Part shown: positions 1 through 7,566 of the stretch, piece after piece
Numbering within the stretch: the first letter of the stretch is position 1
Layout: every line of letters starts with the position of its first letter
DNA from: an uncultured delta proteobacterium
GTDB lineage: Bacteria; Desulfobacterota; Binatia; Bin18
Length of the DNA: 28,679 nt
Direction: 5' to 3'
Assembly (NCBI GenBank): GCA_963733195.1
Contig: CAVTCR010000034.1
Coordinates: forward strand, 1-28,679
Notes under the pieces: model-generated
Told to the model about the DNA's origin: nothing
Database searches by the model: none
Seen by the model: only the letters and a program-made list of their open reading frames with translations
Translations under genes and position numbers: made by a program

Positions 1-13
1 GGTGTTGTTAGAC
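1..13 (-). other. attC site, R'' end only (continues beyond the window edge)
   Basis: Minus-strand GTCTAAC (7-13) overlaps the stop codon of the preceding ORF, as at other cassettes in the array. Confidence 0.6.
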
Positions 14-922
14 AGCTTCCCTCAATTGACGATTAAAATTCCAAATGCCGATCGCAAAGCCGAGAGCCAGGAATCCCGCAAGCAAAACCGTCGCTGGAGT
101 GGCGCCGAGGTGCTCAAACCACTGAGTGTAGAAGTGAATTGCCCCAAACGTTGCGACGATGTTCAACATCCACCTTCTGTTCCGCTTTGCCGCCCAGACG
201 GCACTGGCTATCAATGCACCTGCCCACAAAACCGCAAAGAGCCAATCCGGAATGACCACGTCTCCTTGCTGGTTCCGATCCCCCCACAGAGAACCGATCC
301 AGAAGCCAAAATTGACGAGAAACACCGAGGTTCTCGCTCCAGTGAGAGCCAGTTTCTGATAATCTGCGGCAAGATGCTTCGATAACTGATAGGCTCCAAT
401 ACCGAGAAGGCTGAAGAGCACAACAGTGACGGCTGGTTCCTGTATGCCTAAGAAGTACGTGGCGTGGAAGTAGCCCGTACGTGCCCCAACGCACGACGAA
501 AGAGCAAGAACAGCAAGAGCTATCAACAACCCGTTACGGGCCACAATACCTGCCGCTGAGAACACTGCTGTGACGAGCAAAAAAGCATTGACCGAACCTT
601 CCGCGAACTTGATGACTCCGCCTCCAAGCAGAAGCGCGCCGACTAAAATGCAAATGTTTGCTAGCACTCCCCACTGACGCGATTGCGATTGGACAAGCAA
701 GAGCCCAACGATGGAAACTATCAATCCTACGATAATCGCCGTGGCCGAAGTGGGAAGGAGCGCTAAGGAGGCTCCGCTGACGGCAATCACCCCGAAACCA
801 ACGAGGATGTTGAAAGCGAGCGACCCGGTCCCCTCGGCGGAAAGCTGGCTGAGTTTTTCGAACTCTGCCCGACTAATCTTGCCTTCCTCCAGAAGTTTTG
901 TGAGGTCAAGGGTCACTTTCAT
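8..922 (-). CDS. Multi-pass membrane protein (DUF2157-like), gene cassette
   Basis: Intact 304-aa ORF with many hydrophobic helices after a short soluble N-terminus. The TAA stop lies inside GTCTAAC, an attC R'' box, and GTTAGTC precedes the start. Confidence 0.75.
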   Translation of the reverse strand: MKVTLDLTKLLEEGKISRAEFEKLSQLSAEGTGSLAFNILVGFGVIAVSGASLALLPTSATAIIVGLIVSIVGLLLVQSQSRQWGVLANICILVGALLLGGGVIKFAEGSVNAFLLVTAVFSAAGIVARNGLLIALAVLALSSCVGARTGYFHATYFLGIQEPAVTVVLFSLLGIGAYQLSKHLAADYQKLALTGARTSVFLVNFGFWIGSLWGDRNQQGDVVIPDWLFAVLWAGALIASAVWAAKRNRRWMLNIVATFGAIHFYTQWFEHLGATPATVLLAGFLALGFAIGIWNFNRQLREAV

Positions 923-939
923 TGAGAAATCCTTAAGCT

Positions 940-977
940 GACTAACGACCGCCCTCAGCTTCAGGAAGCTAGCTTAG
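940..977 (-). other. Truncated attC remnant (R'-side half)
   Basis: Minus strand ...AGCTGAGGGCGGTC-GTTAGTC just before the next cassette start. No recognisable R''/L'' half is present. Confidence 0.45.
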
Positions 978-1660
978 AATACCAAGCATGCATGAGAAGA
1001 GTCTGGAAGAACAATACGGGTGTGTCAAAGCCGCTCGCTGCAATGATGGATGCAACTTCCTGGGGCGGGAGTACTGCGACATCCCGGCCATAAGAGGCGC
1101 GGAAATTTTCGACTTCCTCGGCAGGGACCTCAGAATACTTCAGTCGTCCGCAGCCAAACTTCCAAAAGGCTTTGGTAAGCTGAAGGGACACAGCGGAAGC
1201 CAAATCCGCACTCACCAAATATCCCTCGGGGCGAAGGCGTGCAGCGATTTGACGAAAAAAATCGCGCCGCTTCTCTGGCTGCAAAAGAAATGAGAAACCA
1301 AAAGACAAGTGGCCGCATCGAAAGCATCCGATTCGGGAAGCGCATCAAGATACCCTCGTGGAAAGTACACCGTGAGGCGATATCCCACTCTTCGGCTCGC
1401 TGGCGACAGATGTCCAGCATCGGTGCCGCCGGATCTACGGCAGTGAACCGCCACCGGGGAAAGGCTTGAGCGAGGTAAATCAATTCCGCGCCAGTTCCAA
1501 CGCCGATGCAGAGAATCCGTGCGTTGGCAGGAAGTTCAGCAAGCACCATGCGGATAAGCAAATGCAGGGCGTCGCGCAGCGGAGCCAATTTAGCGAATCG
1601 CTGGTCATAAGAAGAAGCGCGGTCTTGGTCAAAAACAATAGATGATTTTTGGTTTTGCAT
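961..1660 (-). pseudogene. Class I SAM-dependent methyltransferase (CmoA-like), several frameshifts (possibly sequencing indels)
   Basis: MQNQKSSIVFDQDRASSYD...ILCIGVGTGAE (motif I)...AVDPAAPMLD. It continues in other frames as YLDALPESDAFDAATCLLVSHF and RRDFFRQIAARLRPEGYLVSADL...FFQTLLMHAWY. Confidence 0.85.
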
Positions 1661-1749
1661 GAGAGTTACCTTTGCATGAGAGAGTGAGTAAGTTCGTGCT
1701 CTGCATTGCACGTGATTAAGTGTTGTATGGACATCAGCACCGCGCAGCC

Positions 1750-1842
1750 GCCGAAACGCGCCCGCGCACCGCGAGCCGCCACAACGCGGCCTTTCAGGTT
1801 TAGCAGAACCGCAACGCGGGCAGCGATGCGGTGGCGCGGCTG
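1750..1842 (-). other. attC site of the ~100-bp family, interrupted by IS copy 1; its R'' box lies at 3480-3486
   Basis: CGCGCACCGCGAGC...GCGATGCGGTGGCGCGGCTG joined to GTTAGGC rebuilds the same end as the intact site at 8544-8643. The R' end is slightly degenerate (CCGAAAC). Confidence 0.85.
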
Positions 1843-1926
1843 ATACTCATCCAGGCCTCCTGGGCTGCGAGTGGCAGCGGTAGGATGGCTGTAGCCACAC
1901 AATCCACTCTACCGGAGGACACCTGG

Positions 1927-2971
1927 ATGAATTTTTACACACAACAACATAAACATTATTGTGGGATCGATCTACATGCGCGGGCGATGTACGTCTGTAT
2001 TCTCGATCAGCACGGCACGAAACTCGTCCACAAAAATCTGCCGACGACGCCGGAGGCATTTTTACGTCTCATTGCTCCCTATCGAGAGGATCTGGTCGTC
2101 GGCGTCGAATGTATGTTCACGTGGTATTGGCTGGCGGACCTCTGTCAGTAAGGAAGGGATTGCCTTTGTCCTGGGCCATGCGCTCTATATGAAGGCGATT
2201 CATGGGGGCAAAGCCAAGAACGATAAAATTGATGCGCAGAAGATTGCGGTCTTATTGCGTGGCGGGATGTTGCCCCAAGCGTATGTCTATCCTGCAGAGA
2301 TGCGGGCGACCCGCGACTTACTCCGGCGTCGCTGTCATCTGGCCCGCAAGCGCGCCGAACTGTTAGCCCACATTCACAATACCAAGAGTCAGTACAATCT
2401 GCCGGAGATTGGCAAACGGCTGGCGAACAAAGCGAACCGCGAAGATGTCGCCGACCATTTTCCCGATCCCAGTGTCCGCAAGGCGATCGAAGTCGATGTG
2501 TCGCTCATCGATCACTACGATCAATTGTTGGGCGAGGTGGAACTCTATCTCACGCGCAGTGCCAAAACCGATGATGTCCAGACGTTCGCCCGGTTGCAAT
2601 CGGTTCCCGGGATTGGGCAGATTCTGGCGTTGGTCATTCTCTATGAGATTCAGGACATTCGCGCGCTTTCCGCGCGTGCAAGATTTCGTCTCCTATTGTC
2701 GGCTGGTGAAGTGCGCCAAAGAATCCAACGGCAAACGACTGGGGACTTCAGGCAAAAAGATTGGCAACGTCCATTTACGCTGGGCCTTTGCCGAAGCCGC
2801 GGTCCTCTTTATCCGGCAGAGTCAGCCGGGAAAGAGTATTTTGCGAAACTCGAACACAAACACGGCAAAGCCAAAGCGCTCACCGTGCTCGCCCACAAGT
2901 TGGGCCGGGCCGTGTACTACATGCTCACGCGGGAACACGCGTTTGACCTCAAGCGCTTTGTCACCGCGTAA
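1927..2971 (+). CDS. IS110-family DEDD transposase/recombinase (frameshifts near 2145, 2660 and 2830)
   Basis: YCGIDLH, VGVECMF, KNDKIDA (RuvC-like DEDD domain), SVPGIG and KESNGK...GNVHLRWAFAEAA (C-terminal Tnp domain), spread over three frames. Confidence 0.92.
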
Positions 2972-3450
2972 CCGCTGAGGGGAGAGACCGAGCCCGCCGT
3001 CTAACTGGCCCACCAGAGGGGAGAGCCTGCTCGATGTTTCTTCCTTATATACAGCACGGACTGTGCAGGAACATCTGGACGACAAGCCCCGGAGCCGCAC
3101 GGCTTGATTGGACTGTCTCTCCCGCTCATCTTCTTGGTGATCCGTCACCAAGTGTCCCGTGGCTGCCCCTCCCCCGAGTCTGGCACTAACTAGGAGTGTC
3201 TGCGGACACAACCCGCTGTATTGAGAAGACCGGGATGAGGGCACAGAAGAGTTTCTCGGGCGTGGGGTCTGCGGACGCCACTGTTTCTCCGTGGAACATA
3301 GTCCACGAGAACATCGACCCTCTATAGGTGTTTGGTGCAGCTCACGGGCTGTGACCAGCAACCGAAATGAAGTCAGCCGCAATCGCTTGGCGAAGATGAT
3401 TCACCATATGTTCCTCGGACGGCCACCCCGCCCCCGCGATGCATCCGTCT
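2972..3450 (+). ncRNA. Candidate bridge/seek RNA region of IS copy 1
   Basis: Long non-coding region 3' of the transposase, conserved in copy 2, with hairpins showing compensatory changes. IS1111-type elements encode their guide RNA at this position. Boundaries are unknown. Confidence 0.6.
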
Positions 3451-3456
3451 GCCCGC

Positions 3457-3479
3457 TTGACATCGTCGGCCTGATAGGG
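3457..3479 (+). promoter_or_regulatory. -35 half (TTGACA) of the circle-junction promoter; -10 (GATACT) forms on joining to the IS left end
   Basis: TTGACA at 3457-3462. Circularisation gives TTGACA-N16/17-GATACT. The same geometry is present in copy 2 (7536-7541). Confidence 0.75.
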
Positions 3480-3480
3480 G

Positions 3481-3720
3481 TTAGGCAACGCCTAACATCT
3501 TGTTCGCATAGTCTTTGCCGTACGTGGCAGGAGGCAGGACTTTGTGGCCTTTCTTGTACAAGTCAATCGTCTCGTCCACAATCGCACATAACTCGGCAAA
3601 CACTGCTTGCTCGTCGTCTCCGTGACAGCCTCCATACAGTAGCCCCGGACAACTCCCAACAAAACATTGATCTTCTTCCGACCATTCGACAATCTTGACG
3701 TACCGCGCACTCGCTTTCAT
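3481..3720 (-). CDS. hicB: HicB-family antitoxin
   Basis: RYVKIVEWSEEDQCFVGSCPGL..GGCHGDD pattern, AGGAG RBS, stop codon in the R'' box GCCTAAC, and ATGA overlap with a HicA-like remnant. Confidence 0.75.
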   Translation of the reverse strand: MKASARYVKIVEWSEEDQCFVGSCPGLLYGGCHGDDEQAVFAELCAIVDETIDLYKKGHKVLPPATYGKDYANKMLGVA

Positions 3721-3817
3721 CGTTGGGACTCCTCAATTGCCGCTTGTGCGGCTTTCTCTTGATAATGCTTGACGTCTTTCCCAAGTTTCCCAGAGATCGT
3801 GATGGGTTTGGTACCTT
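3717..3817 (-). pseudogene. 3' half of a HicA-like toxin gene
   Basis: My translation ...GTKPITISGKLGKDVKHYQEKAAQAAIEESQR* resembles HicA C-termini and is coupled to hicB. The 5' half is absent. Confidence 0.6.
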
Positions 3818-3970
3818 GTCTTTTGCGAGCTCGCAGCGGCCAAACACCTGAGAAAAATCGTAGGAGAGAGGACCTTTTGCCTCGAACACCGCACTTTCAA
3901 TGCAGCCAATCAACCTATCGAGTTCACCGGCTTCTATGAGGGCCTCTATGTCTCGGAACTCATCTTTCAT
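3818..3970 (-). pseudogene. N-terminal fragment of an AlbA_2/Schlafen-like domain protein
   Basis: MKDEFRDIEALIEAGE...IESAVFEAKG..Y.....ELAKD stops just before the expected (V/I)xAxAN motif. Confidence 0.55.
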
Positions 3971-4027
3971 ACAGTCAGCAGGCTGGACTAAGGCTCTGAA
4001 GGCGTCAAGACTTGACACCGAAGAGCG

Positions 4028-4112
4028 GGCTAACGCCCGGTGGCTGGCGGCCACACACGCTCGGACAGGGCACGTCACTTCCCCGCCAGTCCACTCCAGC
4101 CGCGTGTTAGCC
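4028..4112 (-). other. attC site (85 bp, different sequence type)
   Basis: GGCTAAC...GTTAGCC perfectly complementary ends with an imperfect internal palindrome. The upstream ORF stop lies within R''. Confidence 0.85.
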
Positions 4113-4427
4113 GGTCAGCTCCCACACCTCACCAGGCCGCAGCTTTTCTAAGGCTGTGCGAAGTGCCGCGACCAAAGGAAGAAGATCGGCCAAACGGTTT
4201 GTTTTCGCCCGAAGTACAACAATCCCGAAAAGTCGGTTCTGCACACGTTGTTGTTTCGGGAGGTTCTTATCGACCGTCACCAAGGCATCAAACAACCCTG
4301 CCATTGCGTTAAGCAGGGGGCCGTCATCTAGGTCTGCCCAGACCATCTCGGGAACAGTGCGCACTTCATGTCCAGGCAGCTCATTAGCGAGCCATCGCGG
4401 CACACAGGTATCGAGCAGGATACGCAT
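4107..4427 (-). CDS. DUF5615-family PIN-like toxin
   Basis: MRILLDTCVP...GHEVRTV...DDGPLL...LVTVDKNL, downstream of a DUF433 gene. Confidence 0.8.
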   Translation of the reverse strand: MRILLDTCVPRWLANELPGHEVRTVPEMVWADLDDGPLLNAMAGLFDALVTVDKNLPKQQRVQNRLFGIVVLRAKTNRLADLLPLVAALRTALEKLRPGEVWELTG

Positions 4428-4445
4428 GTCCGGAGCCGCCCCGGG

Positions 4446-4670
4446 TTACGCCGCGACCGCTTTAGTCAGAAGAGCTGACTTGGCCAACTCCAGAACGGCG
4501 ATGGCGTGTTCACGGGAGACGCTTGGAAAGTCCTTCAGGAACTCGTCTAGGGTATCCCCGGCCTCCAGATAATCGATGAGGGTCTGGACAGGAACTCTCG
4601 TACCAGCAAAGACAGGGGTGCCGCTTAGTCGATATGGAGATGTGGTGATCAAGGGATCGGGGATATGCAT
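4446..4670 (-). CDS. DUF433-family antitoxin
   Basis: SGTPVFAGTRVPVQTLIDYLEAGDTLDEFLKDFPSV signature. Confidence 0.9.
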   Translation of the reverse strand: MHIPDPLITTSPYRLSGTPVFAGTRVPVQTLIDYLEAGDTLDEFLKDFPSVSREHAIAVLELAKSALLTKAVAA

Positions 4671-4728
4671 CCTACTCTCTGTTCGTGGTAGCTGACCTGA
4701 CCCTAACCTAGCACGCTTGCATCTGGCT

Positions 4729-4828
4729 GGCTAACGCTCCCCGCGTACCGCGAGCTGCCCAGACGCGCCCTTTCACATTTATTCCAAACCGCAACCGGGC
4801 AGCGATGCGGTGGCGCGACTAGTTAGCC
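4729..4828 (-). other. attC site (100 bp, intact family member)
   Basis: GGCTAAC...CGCGTACCGCGAGCTGCCC...GGGCAGCGATGCGGTGGCGCGACTAGTTAGCC, immediately after the brnA stop. Confidence 0.9.
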
Positions 4829-4829
4829 C

Positions 4830-5081
4830 TTAACCTTGCATGGCAAGTTCCTCGCGGACAATGCGCCGCACGATTTCAGGAGTCAACGGCTGTTCTCTCC
4901 GTCCGACAGAGGTACTCAACACCTCGTTGATGAGCGTCTGATAACCACGGCCAGTTTTCTCTGAGAGAGCACGAAAATGCTCAAGCACCTCATTATCAAG
5001 ATACAACGTGATGCGGGTTTTGCCGGTCATGGGCAACACTGCGCCACGTTTGGCTTTGGAAAAGTCATACTCCTTTTTCAT
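4830..5081 (-). CDS. brnA: BrnA-family antitoxin
   Basis: MKKEYDFSKAKRG...KTRITLYLDNEVLEHFR...GYQTLINEVL. Confidence 0.88.
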   Translation of the reverse strand: MKKEYDFSKAKRGAVLPMTGKTRITLYLDNEVLEHFRALSEKTGRGYQTLINEVLSTSVGRREQPLTPEIVRRIVREELAMQG

Positions 5082-5337
5082 AAGCTCGTCTCTCTTTGGG
5101 TTCTGCGTGTCGCACCGAAATCAACCGAGTGTCCTCGCCTTCATACGTGTAGACGACGACCATTAACCGACCAAACGTGTTCATACCGATCGAAACAAAT
5201 CGCTGTTCGCCTCGTGCTGAGTCGTCCTCAATCGTGAGAGCTAAGGGGTCATTGAGGACGCCATCACCCTCGGCGAGCGACACGCCATGTTTCCGTATGT
5301 TAATAGCGTTCTTCCTGGGATCGAAGTTGCTCTCCAC
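5065..5337 (-). CDS. brnT: BrnT-family ribonuclease toxin
   Basis: FDPRKNAINIRKHGVSL...GEQRFVSIG...VVVYT...RLISVR; overlaps brnA. Confidence 0.9.
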   Translation of the reverse strand: MESNFDPRKNAINIRKHGVSLAEGDGVLNDPLALTIEDDSARGEQRFVSIGMNTFGRLMVVVYTYEGEDTRLISVRHAEPKERRAYEKGV

Positions 5338-5343
5338 CGGGTC

Positions 5344-5371
5344 AGTGTATGTATATTATACATATTTGCAA
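5344..5371 (-). promoter_or_regulatory. brnTA cassette promoter with palindromic operator
   Basis: Minus strand TTGCAA-N16-TACACT, 6 nt before the GTG start. The spacer holds a perfect inverted repeat ATGTATA-N-TATACAT (5349-5363). Confidence 0.65.
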
Positions 5372-5397
5372 TCATGGTGTGTGTCTCACTGATAAGA

Positions 5398-5464
5398 GAG
5401 CTATTGTCCGTGTTGAGCGGCGCACCGCTTTTTAGCATGCCCGTTCTCGAACGCTCTGTTAGGC
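5398..5464 (-). other. attC site with a degenerate R' box
   Basis: R'' GCCTAAC (5458-5464) overlaps a stop codon; arms TTGAGCGG/CCGTTCTCGAA. The far end reads GCTATTG instead of GCTAACG. Confidence 0.65.
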
Positions 5465-5824
5465 CTTTCTGTAGATCTTGAGTGCGCGGAGCACATCCAA
5501 AGACTTGGATAGCTTTTTAAGCGATTTTGCCGCGGCAGTGGATTGCTTCAAGTATCCTTCAGCGTTCTGCTTCAGTTCCCCAAGGGCATCTCTCAGCTCC
5601 ACCAGTTCTTCGACGAACTCTTCGTTTAATTCGGCAGTAAGGAACTGGTGGTCACACGACTGGCAGACGCGACCGCGTCTAAACCAGTTGATATCTTTGT
5701 GATCAGTGCGGTGCCAACGTTGCCCAGACCGTCCCGCAATAGAATGAGGATTAATGCCCTTGCATACAGTAATTGAGTGGCATTCCGGACACCAGACCTG
5801 GGTTCCTCCTTATTGAACGCGCAT
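5459..5824 (-). CDS. Zinc-ribbon plus coiled-coil hypothetical cassette protein (absent from the ORF track; TAA at codon 5)
   Basis: AGGAG RBS, then ATG CGC GTT CAA TAA followed by an open frame GGTQVWCPECHS...WFRRGRVCQSCDHQFLTAE...IYRKA* ending in R''. Confidence 0.65.
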
Positions 5825-5839
5825 GATGTCTCCTTGAAG

Positions 5840-5930
5840 GGCTAACGGCCCGCGCACCGCGAGCTGCCTACTTGCGGTCTTGCAGATTTAGCAGAATCGC
5901 AACGTGGCAGCGATGCGGTGGCACGGCGTG
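5840..5930 (-). other. attC site of the ~100-bp family, interrupted by IS copy 2; its R'' box lies at 7559-7565
   Basis: GGCTAAC-GGCC-CGCGCACCGCGAGCTGCC...GGCAGCGATGCGGTGGCACGGCGTG, then the IS, then GTTAGAC. Confidence 0.88.
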
Positions 5931-6014
5931 ATACTCCTCCAGGCCTCCTGTGCCGCGAGTGGCAGCGGTAGGAGGGCTGTACACAAATATCCACGCCACA
6001 AGGAGGAGACCTGG

Positions 6015-7091
6015 ATGAATTTTTACACGCAACAACATAAACATTCTTGTGGCATCGATCTACCTGCGCGGGCGATGTATGTCTGTATTCTCGATCAACA
6101 GGGTACGAAACTCGTCCATAAAAATTTGCCGACGACTCCTGAAGCGTTTTTGCGGGTGATTGCTCCATATAGAGAGGATCTCGTCGTCGGCGTCGAATGT
6201 ATGTTTACCTGGTATTGGCTCGCGGACCTCTGTAGTAAGGAAGGAATTGCCTTTGTCCTGGGACATGCGCTTTATATGAAGGCGATTCATGGCGGCAAAG
6301 CGAAGAACGATAAAATTGATGCCCAGAAGATTGCGGTCTTGTTACGGGGTGGAATGATGCCCCAAGCGTACGTTTATCCCGTCGAGATGCGGGCCACCCG
6401 CGATTTACTCCGCCGGCGCTGTCATCTCGCGCGGAAGCGGGCCGAACTCTTAGCGCACATCCATAATACGAATAGTCAGTACAACCTGCCCGAGATTGGG
6501 AAGCGGCTGGCGAACAAAGCCAACCGTGACGATGTCGCCGACCATTGCCCCGATCCCAGTGTCCGCAAGACCATTGAAGTCGAGGTGTCGCTCATCGATC
6601 ACTATGATGAACTCTTGGGCGAGGTCGAACTCTATCTCACGCGCAGTGCCAAAACGCACGATGTCCAGACATTCGCCCGTTTACAATCGGTCCCTGGGAT
6701 CGGGCAGATTCTGGCGTTGGTCCTGCTCTCTGAGATTCAGGACATCGCCCGGTTTCCCCGGGTGCAAGATTTCGTCTCCTATTGTCGGCTGGTGAAGAGT
6801 GCCAAAGAGTCAGGCGGCAAACGGCTAGGAACGTCCGGCAAAAAGATCGGCACCGTCCATCTCCGCTGGGCGTTTGCCGCAGCCGCCGTGCTCTTCATCC
6901 GCCAGAGTCAGCCGGGGAAAGCGTATTTTGCCACACTCGAACACCAACACGGCAAAGCCAAGGCCCTAACCGTGCTTGCTCATAAGTTGGGCCGGGCCGT
7001 GTATTACCTGCTCACGCGGGAACACGCGTTTGATCTTCAGCGCTTTGTCACCGCGTACCCGCTGAGGAGAGAGACCGAGCCCACCGTCTAA
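6015..7091 (+). CDS. IS110-family DEDD transposase/recombinase
   Basis: Uninterrupted frame from MNFYTQQHKH with AGGAGG RBS and DEDD motifs. The TAA of copy 1 is TAC here, extending the protein by 11 residues. Confidence 0.95.
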   Translation: MNFYTQQHKHSCGIDLPARAMYVCILDQQGTKLVHKNLPTTPEAFLRVIAPYREDLVVGVECMFTWYWLADLCSKEGIAFVLGHALYMKAIHGGKAKNDKIDAQKIAVLLRGGMMPQAYVYPVEMRATRDLLRRRCHLARKRAELLAHIHNTNSQYNLPEIGKRLANKANRDDVADHCPDPSVRKTIEVEVSLIDHYDELLGEVELYLTRSAKTHDVQTFARLQSVPGIGQILALVLLSEIQDIARFPRVQDFVSYCRLVKSAKESGGKRLGTSGKKIGTVHLRWAFAAAAVLFIRQSQPGKAYFATLEHQHGKAKALTVLAHKLGRAVYYLLTREHAFDLQRFVTAYPLRRETEPTV

Positions 7092-7530
7092 CGGGCGCAT
7101 GTAGGGCTGAGCCTTTTACGCACTCCTTCCTTATATACAGCTCCGACTGTGAGGGGGTCGCTGGACGACACGCCCGAAGCCGCACGTGTTGATGGGACTG
7201 TCTCTCTCGCTCATCTCCTTGGTGATCCGTCCCCAAGTGCATAGTGGCTGCTCCTCCGCCGAGTCTGAAACTAACTAGGAGTGTCTCACGACACAATCCG
7301 CTACTATTGAGAAGACCGGGACGAGGGCACACAAGAGTTTCTCGGGCGTGGCCTCTGCGGAGGCTACTATTCTCCACACAACGTGAGAGAATATCGACCC
7401 TCCATAGGTGTTTGGTGCAGCAACAGGCTGTGACCAGCAACGGAAATCAAGTCGGCCACAAACGCTTAGGAAAGATGACTCATCAAATGTTCTTCGGACG
7501 GTCACCCCGCCCCCGCGATGCATCCGTCTG
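7059..7530 (+). ncRNA. Candidate bridge/seek RNA region of IS copy 2
   Basis: Homologous to 2972-3450; stems are conserved while loops vary. Confidence 0.6.
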
Positions 7531-7566
7531 CCCTCTTGACAATGTCGGCCTGATAGGGGTTAGACC

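Larger units (their letters stand above)
1843..3479 (+). mobile_element. IS110/IS1111-family insertion sequence, copy 1, inserted in attC
   Basis: Ends ATACTCATCCAGGCC...GGCCTGATAGGG were defined by homology with copy 2 and by rebuilding the empty site (+/-1 G). No target-site duplication. Confidence 0.9.
5931..7558 (+). mobile_element. IS110/IS1111-family insertion sequence, copy 2, inserted in attC
   Basis: Colinear with copy 1 but diverged. Same termini (ATACTC.TCCAGGCC / GGCCTGATAGGG) and same insertion point. Confidence 0.92.

Noticed and set aside
2140-2835. Programmed frameshifting in the copy 1 transposase
   Set aside because: There are three separate shifts without slippery motifs, and copy 2 is continuous.
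2972-3479. Group IIC-attC intron as the inserted element
   Set aside because: The encoded protein is a DEDD IS110 transposase, not a reverse transcriptase, and there is no GUGYG 5' end or clear domain V.
2822-3698. ORFs 2822-3382, 3291-3698 and their counterparts 7048-7440, 7244-7633
   Set aside because: No recognisable motifs, frames and ends are not conserved between the copies, and they overlap the structured non-coding region.
1843-7558. Composite transposon carrying the TA cassettes
   Set aside because: Each IS sits in its own attC and the copies are diverged, so independent insertion is the simpler explanation.
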